A stretch of DNA of 64,000 nt from Squalus acanthias (GCA_030390025.1 CM059431.1:148616001-148680000), one strand, 5' to 3'; counted from the stretch's first letter, positions 25,313-37,459 are shown. Notes: generated from the sequence alone by a model not told the origin. Numbers and translations are program-made.

Positions 25313-26680
25313 ATAAGATCATGGCTGGTCTTCCAAATAATCTCCATCTTCCTGCACTATCACCATCTCCCTTGATAACCTTAATATTCAAAAAATCTAA
25401 CAATATCTGCCTTGAATATACTCAACGACTAAGCCTCCACAGCTATCTGGCGTAGAGAATTCCAAAGATTCACCATCCACCGAGTTAAGAAATCTCTCCT
25501 AATCTCAGTCCTAAATGGCCGACACTTTATGCTGAGACTGTGATGCCTGGTTCTAGACTCCCCAGCCATGGGAATCATCCTCCCTGCATCTACCCTGTCA
25601 ATCCCTGAAAGAATTGTGTATGTTTCAATGAGATCACCTCTCATTCTTTTAAACTCGAGAGAATATAGGGCTAGTTCTGATAGAACAATCCCCCCATCAC
25701 AGGAATCAGTCTGGTGAACTTTCGTTGCACTCCCTCTGTGGCAAGTGTATCCTTCCTTTGGTAAGGAGACCAAAATTGAAAACAATACTCCAGGCATGAT
25801 CTCAACAGGGCACTATAGAATTGCAGTAATACGTCTGTACTCATAAACTCAAATGCTATTGTAGTGAAGCTCAACATCCATTTGTTTTCCTAATTGTTAG
25901 CTGTACCTGCATGGTAACTTTTAGTGATTCGTGCACGAGGGCACGCAGGTGCCTTTGAGCAGAAACATTTCCCAATCTCTCATCATTTAAAAAAATACAC
26001 TGCTTTTCTATGTAAATAGATAACGTCATCTTTCTCCACATTATATTCCATTTACTTATTACTTGCCCACTCACTCAGCCGATCTATATTCCCTTGAAAC
26101 CTCGTTGAGTCATCCTCACAACACACATTCCAACCCAGCTTTGTATCATCAGCAATCTTGGACATATTACATTTGGTCCCATTATCTAAATCATTGATGT
26201 AGATTGGGAATAGCTGAGGCCCAAGCACTGATTCTTGCAGATCCCCAGTAGTTAGAGCAGCCAGCCCTAAAATGACCCGTTTATTCCTACTCTCTGTTTT
26301 CTGTCCGTTAACCAAACTTCAATCCATGCTAGTATATTACCTTCAATCCCATGTGCCCTAATGTAGTTTATTAATCTCTTGTTTGGCAACTTATCGAATG
26401 ATTTCAGTAAATCCAAATACATCACATCCACTGGTTCCCCCTTATCTATTCTGCCAGTTACAACCTCAAAAATATCGAACAGATTTGTCAAACTCGATTT
26501 TCCTTTCAGGAATTCGTATTGACTCTGCCCAATACCATTATTATTTTATAAGTGCCCTGTTATCAAGTCCTTAATAATAGATTCTAGCATTTTCCCTACT
26601 ACTGATGTCAGGCTAAGTTATCTGTAGTCATTCGTGTTCACTCTCCCTCATTTCTTAAATAGTGGGGTTACATTTCCTCA
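25313..26680 (-). mobile_element. Degenerate CR1 RT and 3' part, tail-to-tail with the preceding copy
   Basis: DKGEPVDVMYLD, LGPQLFPIYINDL, IADDTKLG, LEYCFQFWSP, RMRGDLIETY. Confidence 0.9.
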
Positions 26681-26681
26681 C

Positions 26682-27262
26682 TCTCTCGGACACAGGGTAC
26701 AATGGACACTGATCAGGAGCAGGAACGCTGGCTAATTTCCCCACTCTCTAAATCAGAGTTAACTGGACAGTGCTCAGGAGCAGGAACCCTGGCTAATTTC
26801 GCCAGTCTCTAAACCAGGGGTCACTGGACAGTGCTCAGGAGCAGGAAACCTGGCTCAATCCCACCATTTCCAACACAGAAGTCCCTGGACAATGATCAGG
26901 AGCAGGAACCCTCTATAATTTCCACACTCTCTAAACCAGATGTCACTGGAAAGTGACCAGGAGCAGGAACACAGGCTCAATCAAACACTCCCAAACCCAG
27001 GCGTCACTAGAAAATTATCAGGAGCAAGAACACTGGCTAATTTCCACTCTCTATAAACCAGGGCCCAGTGGACAATGATCAGTTCCTGGAACCCTGGCTG
27101 TTTCACCTCTCTCTAAACCATGTGCCACTGGACAGTTATCAGGAGCAAAAATACTGTCTGATTTCCACTCTCGATAACCAGGGTTCACTGGATAGTGATC
27201 AGGAGCAGGAACCTGGCGTTTTCATGTCGATCTAAACCAGTGGTCAATGGACAATGATCAGA
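26682..27262. repeat. ~61-bp tandem repeat, ~10 copies
   Basis: Unit ~ccagggtcactggacagtgatcaggagcaggaaccctggctaatttcccactctctaaa; ggaca/ggaaa at 26765, 26826, 26887, 26948. Confidence 0.92.
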
Positions 27263-27374
27263 TAGATTTCATAAAAATCCGATAGTTTCATGTCACCATT
27301 ACTGATACCAGTTTTTTATTCCAGATTTATTTAATTAACTATGTTGCTCCGGGTGTTGTTGTGACGAAAACGGA

Positions 27375-27394
27375 GCTACATCTCCCAGCATGCC
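27375..27394 (+). promoter_or_regulatory. ZNF143/STAF (SBS)-like motif upstream of Harbinger ORF
   Basis: gctacatctcccagcatgcc versus consensus ACTACAnnTCCCAnnATGC. Confidence 0.4.
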
Positions 27395-27639
27395 AAGCGA
27401 GTTGGACTCCTCCACAAAGTGCAGGATGCCGGCTCCAACGATAACATTTTAAGTGATACTCACCAAAAACTCGCCCCTGACAGGGTTTTCCCGTTTGAGT
27501 GTCTGTGTGCTACTTCCTGCAACTGCAAGAGCTTTCTTCAGTTATTTCAAGTTTATTTAGTATCAGGGAGTATTCCGGCAGGTAAAACACTTCCTCATCA
27601 ATTTTGAGGCGCTTCAAACTAAAGTACTTGCTGTAATTC

Positions 27640-28769
27640 ATGGAGAATGTACTGACAGTCGAGCTCGCACTCTAGCATCTAAGGCGGAGGGAGCGGAGGC
27701 AGAGAAAAAGACGGGACAATGTGCGCAGAGGGAGGAGGAGGAGGGCTATCAGGGATCTCAAGAGGAGGCCTTACCATCCCAGGGTCTTCCGACATCAGTG
27801 CTCCTACCTTCAATTAGGCGAGGAGCAGTGTGTTCGGATAATTCGTTTCACCAAGGAGGTGGTCACAGAACTCCGCCCACCTCCTGCAACCAGACCACCA
27901 GCCTGAGACAAGGCAACTGCGGTTCTCCCAGTGTCAGTCAAGGTCACCGTCGCCCTCAATTTCTTCGCCAGAGGATCCTTCCAGTCTGCAGCAGGAGACA
28001 TAGCTAACATCGCACAGTTCGCCATTCAACGCTGCATCCGGGAGCTCACTGAGGCTCCCTACACCAGGAGAAAAGATTACATTGGCTTCCTGATCACCAG
28101 AGAGAAGCATGACGAGCTTGCATGTTGCTTTGCCATGAGAGGGGGTTTCCCCATGGTGCAGGGCGCCATCGACTGCACCCACGTGGCTTTGCAAGCACTG
28201 CATAACAATCCTGAGATCTTCCGTAACAGCAAAGGCTACCAATCACTTAATGTGCATTTGATGTGCGATCACATACCACGAATCCTCCATGTCAATGCTC
28301 AAGTCCTGGCTGCATCCATTTTGCCTTCATCCAACGCCAGACCGGTGTGCCAGCACTCTTTCAGCCATCACGTCAAGTTGCAGGTTGGCCGCTCGGAGAC
28401 AAGGGCTAGCCGCTCTCCACCCAGTGAATGACTCCTCTCCACAACTCCAACATTCATGCTCAGCATTCATATAATGGGAGCCGTGCTGCCACCAGGAACA
28501 TCATCGAGCAGATCCTCGGCTTATTGAGGCAATGGTTCTGCTGCCTTGGCCGCTCCGGAGGAGCCCTCCTGTACTACGCTGAGCCGGTATCCCATTTCGA
28601 GGTGTTCTGCTGCATGCTCCACAATTTGGTATTCATGAGAGCGCAGCCCTTGCCAGCAGGCTTTGCGGGACCACCTCAGCAGGAGGACGAGGGAGAGGAC
28701 GAGGATGAGGAGGACGAGGAGGCGGAGGAAGAGAAGCAAGAGGAACAGGGGGGAGTGTGGAGGCAGTGA
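27640..28769 (+). pseudogene. Decayed PIF/Harbinger (HARBI1-like) DDE transposase
   Basis: RFTKEVVTEL; KVTVALNFFARGSFQ; GFPMVQGAIDCTHV; RNSKGYQSLNV; ggagacaagggc (GDKG); MTPL; TRNIIEQILGLLRQWF; CCMLHN; acidic tail; several frameshifts and stops. Confidence 0.9.
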
Positions 28770-29000
28770 GACAATCGGCCTTCTGGATGGGCCGTCTGTG
28801 ACCAGCTCATCAGACTCCGATACGCATGAGGGAAACCAGAGATCCCCGTAGTTCACCACATCCCCATCATTCAATCCCTTTCTCGTGGTGGGTCACAGCG
28901 TCCCCCTGTGCGCAAGGGTGAAATGAGAGAAACCAGGAAAGATTCCAAAAACAATTAATAAATGTGCCTATAAATATATCACACATATTTAGAGAAATAC

Positions 29001-30070
29001 TGGCCCAGAAATTAAACATGTATGGTTGACGCTGGGGTAAGGATTCCCCGCGATATCGCACTCCGCGCCTACCTTTTTGCTCCGGCCCCACACGAACTTT
29101 AGTTTCAAAGGCTCTCTCTTTTGGAACCGTGCAGTGCTTGCGTGACCCAGAGGCGCAATTAGTTCGTGCGAGCTCTGGGATCACGTGATTCAGTTAGAGC
29201 CAATGGCAGCACGCCATCTTCCATTCATAGTTTTGACGGCAAGAGCTGTCAAAGCTATGAATACTACAAACCCCCAAAAGAACAACTAAACCACAATTAC
29301 ATTTAAAAAAAAGCCATCACATTAATACTGGCCCAGAAATTAAAGACTGAGTGTTGACGCGGGGGTAAGGCTTCCCCGCGATCTCTCACTCCGCGTTGGC
29401 TTTTTCAGACCCAGCTCGTCCGAACTTGATGTTCTGGACATCAGCTGGGCAGTGCTTGCGTATCCCACCGGCGTCGTGAATTCGTGCGAGCTGTGGGATC
29501 ACGTGACTCAGTTAGAGCCAATGGCAGCACACCATCTTCCATTCATAAGTTTCACATACGTGCTGTGAAAGCTATGAATCTTACACCCCCCCAAAATAAC
29601 AGCTAAACCTCAATTAAATTTAAAAAAACCATCACATTAATAAAATAAGTATAGTTAAATAAATTAAACATTTTAAATAAAAAATTAAATTTTTGAAAAA
29701 ATTTAAAATCTTTTAAAACGTTATAAAAATAAACTTACCTGTCTTTAAAGTCTCTAAAAAAGATATACATGTTAAAAAAATTCAAAATAATACTTAATTC
29801 ACTACTTACCTTGTTAAAAGTGGGTCTTACTCCTCCTTTTTTCATTTCTAAAATCTTCCGTCCTTCCCTGCGCGTCCAAAGCACTAAGTGCACAGCGTGC
29901 GCGCAGCCTGTAGCGCGCACGCGGTGCACCGAGGAACCGCCCCCTTTTCCAAAAACCAAGCGCCGGTTTTCAGCGCATGCGCAGTGCATGCAGAAAACCG
30001 GCAATTGTTGACAGAATACGCGAGAGTACACAGTGCGTACTCGCGCGTCGCGGGACTAATTTTTGCGCCC
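29001..30070. mobile_element. Non-autonomous TIR element (Harbinger-MITE-like) with tandemly duplicated left end and multiple hairpins
   Basis: ggcccagaaatt at ~29002 and ~29329, aatttttgcgccc at ~30058-30070; 29001-29327 similar to 29328-29645; high CpG content. Confidence 0.55.
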
Positions 30071-30147
30071 ATGTTACACTGTAATATTATTCTTGCTATT
30101 TACCGTGGTATACTGATTGATTACTGGTATTCTGTGTTTCAAGTTAA

Positions 30148-30846
30148 CATAGAACATAGAACAGTACAGCACAGTGCAGGCCCTTCGGCCCTCGATGTTG
30201 TGCCGAGCATTGTCCGAGACCAAGATCAAGCTATCACACTCCCTATCACTCTGGTGTGCTCCGTGTGCTTATCCAATAACCGCTTGAAAGTTCCTAAAGT
30301 GTCCGACTCCACTATCACAGCAGGCAGTCCATTCCACACACCAACCACTCTCTGAGTAAAGAATCTACCTCGGACATCCCTTCTATATCTCCCCCCATGC
30401 ACCTTATAGTTATGCCCCCTTGTAACAGCTGCCTCTACCCGAGGAAATAGTCTCTGAACATCCACTCTATCTATCCCCCTCATCATCTTATAAACCTCTA
30501 TTAAGTCGCCTCTCATCCTCCTCCGCTCTAAAGAGAAAAGCCCCAACTCCCTCAATCTTTCCTCATAAGACCTCCCCCCCAAACCAGGCAGCATCCTGGT
30601 AAATCTCCTTTGCACTCTTTGCAATGCTTCCACGTCCTTCCTATAGTGAGGTGACCAGAACTGCACACAATATTCCAAATGTGGTCTCACCAAGGTCCTG
30701 TACAGTTGCAGCATAACCTCACGGTTCTTAAACTCAAACCCTCTGTTAATAAACGCCAACACACCATAGGCCTTCTTTACTGCTCTATCCACTTGAGTGG
30801 CAACCTTCAGAGATCTGTGGATATGAACCCCCAGATCCCTCTGCTC
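30148..30846 (-). mobile_element. Young 5'-truncated CR1 LINE abutting GPCR exon 1 remnant
   Basis: Uninterrupted 208-aa ORF (QRDLGVHIHRSLKV...YRTLVRPHLEYCVQFWSP...); nearly identical to 55735-56426; acataga tail repeats. Confidence 0.95.
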
Positions 30847-33527
30847 TTGCATCTTTGTTGATGCAAGAGTTGTTTAAAAAGACTGGCACATCCTCGCTAC
30901 TGTTGGTGTCCCTGGTAAGTCTCTGTATCCCGCTATGAATTCTATAAATCATGTTTATCTGTATTTCTCTCCTTGTCATTCTCCATCCCATGCGCACTGC
31001 TGTCGGCTATTGATTCTGAAGGTGATACGGTATTACCAAGATTCAATTGTTGTATAAGCAACTCAAGAAAAAATATTGCACGAGACTCTTTGCTTAACGA
31101 ATTTCGTTCTGCTATCTACACTGAACATTTGTAACAGATCAGAAGAATGTTGTCTTGGTTGAGGAGACTTTTCACTGAATGGCGAAAGGTCATCGACCTG
31201 AAACGATAACTCTCTCTCTCTCCACAGATGCTGCCTGACCTGCTGAGCATTTAAAACATTTCCTGCTCTATTTTCGATTTCCAGCATCCTCAGTAATTTG
31301 CTTTAGTTTTCAACGAATGGTCGGTATGGTTGCTCACACAGATTCACAGGAACAAATCCTGACAGATCACAAACTGATCTATAAATGTCTGAAATATCCG
31401 CGAATCATTGAGTTCCAGTAAGTGTCTCGTTTGCTCCCATCTCCAGTTCGTTCTACATTAGTGATACTGCTTCTGATGGTAAGAATAGGATTACACGGAT
31501 AATTTAAATTCTCGAAAAACGTTCAGTCAGCCATATTTCAATGCGTTTATTACCAATTTTGTTTTGAATTTACAAGTGTGTCCCGTGCCTGTCTGTCACA
31601 GTTCAGTGGATCTCTCAGTGAGAACCAGAGTGATTCTCTATTGCCTCCTGCTGTACTGCAGGATAATCAATCCCAGCTGATTGTAACTGAAGTACTGAGG
31701 ATAAGAAAATCATTTCATATTTTCTCGACTAATATTCTCTGCACAATTTGGAAACCAACAGGTGAAAAATACAAGGAAAAATCTCTTCCATTTGTGTTCA
31801 GATACTTTACGAAAGCCTTCGGAGGCTCGTTGACTGTGGGATGAGGCGCTTGATTACGATGCTAATACATGCATTTAGTGGGATATTACCTGGTCAATGA
31901 TAACTATATATTTTAATTCAGAATCCATTCCTTGCAATGTTATTTGTAAAATCTTCCGTTCAATGAGCCACAATTTGAGCCTTTCAACAAAACTATAGAA
32001 AGCTCAATCTTCAAAACATTTCTTGCAGCCCAGTTATCTTTATAACTACAGTGCCATTGTATTAATTATCTTAGCGCTTGCATATTACAGTCGTGCATTT
32101 TAAATATAATTGCCTGTAATTATTGCACACCAAGATTGCAGTTACTGTATTTTGCCGTTACATTTATTTTCAGTGCTAAATATAATGGATATTCTAACCA
32201 GGAGCAGGAATCCAAGCGGGATTTCCCCGTCCCTAACACAGGGGAAGGGAAGCGAATTGCACCGCTCCAAATGCTGACTGATCCCGGGAGACGAAGGCTT
32301 CCTCCGAGGTTCTGGTCCTTTGGGTCACTGGTACTTCGGGTGGTGCTTCTGTCTGGTGGGCTGAAGGTAGATCTACCATGTTATCTCTCATTAATCAAAC
32401 ATCTGTTACTTTCATGTTGTATTTATCCCCGTTTCATTTCTTAATTCCACAATACATTTCCGATTATTCTTACAATAAACCCTGTATTCAACTACACGGG
32501 CAATAGAATTAGATTATATCATTGAATGTCGCTGATGAGTTGCAGATTTCTCCCAGAGTTCCTTATATCTGCTGCTCTTGCTCCCAGCCTGATGTATAAT
32601 TTCCCTGTTTATTTCCCTTCCTCACAGTGAACTTAGTTACGATTGTGATCCTGTCTCGGGGAAAGTGCGGTCTCTCCAAATGTGTCACTCGCTACCTTGT
32701 GGCCATGGTAGCGGCGGATCTACTGGTCCTTCTCCTCGATCTGATATTGAGCCAGATTCCGATTGTATTTAGGGAACAGTTTCGTTTCCTGGAGTCCATC
32801 CCCGTGTGTAATATCCACGCCGTCCTGCTTTATGCAGCCACAGACTGTTCTGTCTGGTTCTGCGTCACTTTCACTTTTGATCGATTAGTGGCCATTTGTC
32901 GCCAGAAGCTGAAAACTAAATATTGCACCGAGAATGCGGCGGCTGTGGTTCTGGGAACAGTCACTGTGCTAAGCGGTTCAAAGGACATTTTCTGGTATTT
33001 TATGTTCACAGATCGGTTTCCGCTTGCGAACCTCCCCTGGTTTTGTGAGGTGACAATGGATGTTGTGTATTCATGGGTCTGGGGGACATCGAGCTCCTTC
33101 ATTATATTCTCACCCGGGGGTCACATTTATCGTGATTCTGCTGCTCAATGCTCTCACCGTCAGACACATTTTATTGTCCAGCAGAGCCCGCAGTAGACTC
33201 CGGGGTCCCAGCAGTAGGGAGAGTCCCAAAGACCCAGAGATGGAGAGCAGCAGGAAATCCATCATTTTACTGCTTGTTATCTCCGGCAATTTCATCCTGT
33301 TGTGGGCAGTGCTTATGATGTATTATATATGGATCCGGATGAGGGATTTGGGGTCTAAATCTGTTTATGCACCTTTTTATGTAAGGGAATTGGGATTGAT
33401 GTTGCAGATGCTGAGTTGCTGCACAAACACTGGGATTTATGCCGTGACACAGACTAAATTCAGAGAGCAGTTAAAGAATGTGGGGAAATGTCCCTTCACT
33501 CTTATTGTAAAATTCATTAAAGGATGA
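30847..33527 (+). pseudogene. Two-exon GPR139/GPR142-like 7TM GPCR pseudogene (exon 1 remnant to 30914; intron 30915-32627; exon 2 32628-33527)
   Basis: HILATVGVP-G|gtaagt ... ttcctcacag|TG AAC gives VP-V-NLVTIVILSRGKCGLSKCVTRYLVAM; TM3 FTFDRLVAIC; TM7 LSCCTNTGIY; in-frame TAA in exon 1 and two 1-bp deletions near 33088 and 33113. Confidence 0.88.
31179..31310 (+). mobile_element. Short Penelope-type terminal repeat remnant with decayed hammerhead motif (intronic)
   Basis: atggcga-a-aggtc-atc-gacct-gaaacg then ccacagatgctgcctgacctgctgag...atttccagcatc; related piece at 40498-40635. Confidence 0.6.
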
Positions 33528-33623
33528 TATGAAGCGGAGACGTTGCAGCCTGAGAGCTCCCTGGGCCTGATATTGTGGCTAGCCGTTCTACCCCGAGTCG
33601 CCCGCCGGCGGGGAAATTCACAT

Positions 33624-33915
33624 AACAAAGATGGCGGCTCCGGTGACCCGCACAAAATTGCGGTCCAGGCGCCCGTCACAAATATTGCGGCCCCGGCGCC
33701 CTGCACAAAGCTGGCGGCCCCGGGTGCGCCGAAGAAAGTTGGCGTATCTGACGCCCCGCTGGAACAAAGATGGTTGCCGCGGCGCCCCTCACAATGATGG
33801 CGGAAACTGATCTACGCAAAAAATGGCGGCTCTGTCGCCCCTAACAAAGATGGCGGCTCAGACGCTCCGCATAAGGATGCTGGCCCTGAAGCCCCGAACA
33901 AAAATGGTGGCTCTC
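33624..33915 (+). repeat. ~27-bp degenerate tandem repeat carrying YY1-like AAGATGGCGGC motif in a CpG-rich patch
   Basis: acaaagatggcggc-like units at ~33625, 33652, 33678, 33705, 33733, 33764, 33791, 33817, 33844, 33871, 33898. Confidence 0.8.
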
Positions 33916-34079
33916 TCTCGCTCTCTCTGGCCTTCTCGCGCCGTTCGGTTGCTGCCATTGAGGTTTCCCTTTTCCCAGAAGCGAGGTCGGGGAGTGGCGG
34001 CGTGACACGAGAATCTGGAGCGCCGGCAGCAGGTGGCCCGTTTACCGTAGGATCGGGCGGCAATGGAAAGCAGCCCGAC

Positions 34080-37000
34080 TAGGAGATGAGGAGGCCCGTC
34101 ACTAGAATAACGGGGGAGAAAGATGGCCGGGTAGAGAGAGCAAGACAGGGGAGAGAGTCCGGGGGAGAAAGACCGTGGGTGCCAGTCTGGAGGAGATATT
34201 TTGGGGGATACAGACCGGGGGATAAAGACAGGGGAAGACAGACTGTGGCGGGTGGGGCGGGGGGGGTGTCAGACCAGGGGAGACAGACCGGGGGAGACAG
34301 ATGGATGGAGACAGACGGGGTGACAGATGGGCGGAGACAGACGCTGAGAAAGGAGGTGTGGTAGAAAGACAGCATGACACATTCGGGGCAGACAGGTAAA
34401 TGCGTGACAGAGGAGACAGACGAGGGGAGGCAGAGAGAGAGACAGACAGATGGGGTGGGCGGGACAGACGGAGCGAACCAGACAGAGAGGAAGGTGGAAG
34501 AGAGAAATACGGCATGACAAAGTCAGGGAAGACAGGCAAGTGGGTGACAGAAAGAGTGAGACTGGGGGATTCAGACTGGGTGAGACAGAAGGGTGCAGAC
34601 CGACCAGGGGAGACAGATGGGGAGGGGAAGACAGACGGGGGGAGACAGATGTTGAGGAAGGTGGGCGTGGGGAGAAAGACAGCGTGACACAGTCGGGGCA
34701 GACAGGCGAAGAGGTGAGAGAGAGAGACAGACCAGGGGAGACAGAGAGACAAACCGGCAGACTGGGGAGACAGATGGTGAGAGACAGACGGAGCAGAAGG
34801 TGGGCGGGGGGGCGGGTGGCAAAGTCGCCGTGACACAGTCAGGGCAGACAGGCGAAGGTATGACAGACAGATACAGACTAGTGGAGAAAGACCGGGTAGG
34901 ACAGAGAGAGGATGACCGGGCGAGGCAGACCGGAGAAGACAGAGAGAGACAGAACGGGGGTTGACAGACTGGGGTGACAGACCGGGGGAGGAAGACCAGT
35001 GGAGACAGACCCGGAGAGACAGAGAGAGACAGATGAGGGTGGCGGGGCGATACAGACCAGGGGAGATAGTCCGGTGCAAGCAGAGAGAGACAGATAGCGG
35101 GGTGACAGATCGGGGGAGACAAACCAGAAAGGACAGTGTGAGTGACTGACAAGGCGGGGTTGGGGTGGGGACAGAGATAGAAGGAGACAGGGGGTGGGTT
35201 AGAGAGTGAACGAGAGTCCGGGTGGGGGGGAAACACATCGAGAAGGAGAGAGATGGATAGAGACAGACGGGGGAAGATAGATAGTGGGAGACAAATGGGC
35301 GTGACAAATGGGAGGTACACTGAGAGACAGACAAAAACGGGAGATACAGACTGTGGTGACAGAGGGAGAGATACAGACGGGGAGGCAAAGGGAGAGTGCT
35401 ATAGACGGGGGTAGACAGAGAGAGAGACAGACAATGGTAACAAATGGGGTGGAGACAGACGAGGAGGACAGGTCAGATGTTCAGAGATAGCAACGGGGAG
35501 AGAGATGGGGAGGAGAATGTCTGGTGGATTCAGAGAGAGATCAACAGGGGGACAGAGAGAGAGATACGGTGTGAGACAGAGAGAGAGATGAACAAGGGGA
35601 CAGAGAGAAACATAGTGTGGAAGATAGAGAGAGAGACGAACAAGGGGACAGAGATAGACATAGGGTGGGAGTTAGAGAGAGCGAGAACAAAAAGGGGACA
35701 GAGAGAGACATAGGGTGGTAGATAGAGAGAGAGAGAGATCAACAGGAGGAGAGAGAGAGACATAGCGTGGGAGAGAGAGAGAGACAAAGAGGGGAACAGA
35801 GAGCGAGACATACGGTGGGAGAGAGAGAGAGAGAGAGAGACCAACAGGGGGACAGAGTGAGACATACGGTGGGAGATAGAGAGTGACCAACAGCGGGACA
35901 GAGTGAGAAATAGGGTGGGAGATAGAGAGAGCGAGAGACCAACAGGGGGATAGAGTGAGACATGGGGTGGGAGATAGAGATAGAGAGAGAGAGACCAACA
36001 GGGGGACAGAGAGAGACATACGGTGGGAGATAGAGAGAGAGACCAACAGAGTGACAGAGAGACATATACGGTGGGAGATAGATAGATAGAGAGAGAGACC
36101 AACAGGGGGACAGAGAGAGACATATGGTGGGAGATAGAGAGAGAGATACCAACATGGGGACAGAGAGAGACATAGGGTGGGAGAGAGAGTGAAAGAGAGA
36201 CCAACAGGAGGACAGAGAGAGACATACGGTGGGAGTTAGAGAGAGAGCGACAAACAGGGGGACAGAGAGAGAAATACGGTGGGAGATAGAGAGAGAGAGA
36301 GATCAACACGGGGACAGAGAGAGACATAGTGTGAGAGAGAGAGAGTGAGAGAGAGACCAACAGGGGGAGAGAGAGCGACATACGGTGGGAGATAGAGAGC
36401 GAGAGAGAACAACAGGGGGACAGAGTGTGAAATAGGGTGAGAGTTAGAGAGAGAGAGAGAGACCAACAGGGGGACAGAGAGAGACATACGGTGGGAGAGA
36501 GAGAAAGAGAGAGAGACCAACATGGGGACAGAGAGAGACATACGGTGGGAGAGAGAGAGAGACCAACAGGGGGTAGAGAGAGCCATACGGTGGGAGATAG
36601 AGAGAGAGCCCAACAGGGGGACAGAGTGAGACATAGGGTGGGAGATAGAGAGAGAGAGAGAGACCAACAGGGGGACAGAGAGAGAGAGGCATAGGGTGGG
36701 AGATAGAGAGAGAGAGACCAACAGGGGGACAGAGTGAGACATATGGTGGGAGATAGACAGCGACAGACAATATGGGGAGACAGACCGATTGGGATGGAGA
36801 GGGCTGGAGAGAGCCTAGGTCGAGTCAGATTGTGGGTGACAAAGAGAGAGACAGATAGGGCAGACAGACGGGGGGAGCCAGACGAGGAGACAGAAAAAAT
36901 CAGTCGGATTTGACGCAGAGAGAGATAAACAGACAGGGCGAGACAAATGAGGTGAGACCGACGGTGGAGACCGACGGGGGAGACAGTCGGGAATTCCAGA

Positions 37001-37170
37001 CCAGTCAGGCCGAGAGCTCTGGGAAGACAAAGAGAGAGTCAGACGGTAGTGGGCAGACGGGGAGGATTGGCGCGGGAAGCAGTGTAAGAGAGGTTTATGG
37101 GGGAGTGGGAGCGGGAGACAAACCGGACTAGAATGACAGAGGGTGAGAGCCTGATTGAAAGAGGCGGGGG
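34080..37170. repeat. Purine-rich low-complexity region (GAGACAGAC) with a ~50-bp minisatellite at ~35530-36760
   Basis: Unit (ga)n-ccaacagggggacagagagagacatacggtgggagata repeated roughly 25 times. Confidence 0.92.
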
Positions 37171-37459
37171 AAGAGTAATAACAATTCCTCTGGTTCCTCG
37201 CCATATATTTTCAGGATACTGAACCCCAGCTTTATTACAGTCCACTCCCGGAGGCCCCTCTCCGTGAACCTACAACCTTCAGCAAGCTCAGTGGTGGGGT
37301 TCCGGTACAGGAGTGATCCCAGAGTAACTGTCGGGATCGCACTACCGAAGATGTTCTAGGTCGTGTAATTTTAGTAATCCCGGTGTCAACAAGCATAAGT
37401 CAATCAAATAGGGTATTCCTGGAAACACGCTGGAGGTCCTTCTTTATCTGACAGAATAG

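Noticed and set aside
27640..28769. Domesticated host HARBI1 gene
   Set aside because: Intronless, multiply disrupted and embedded in repeats; a transposon relic is more parsimonious
30071..30147. MLHCNIILAIYRGILIDYWYSVFQVN as the missing 5' part of GPCR exon 1
   Set aside because: Position is plausible but there is no clear similarity to the 8820-9000 exon and no TSD linking the two sides
34079..36770. ORFs of 283-428 aa in the purine-rich region
   Set aside because: Low-complexity repeat translations with no domain signal
33530..37450. rDNA intergenic-spacer-like composition
   Set aside because: No rRNA sequence recognised anywhere in the window
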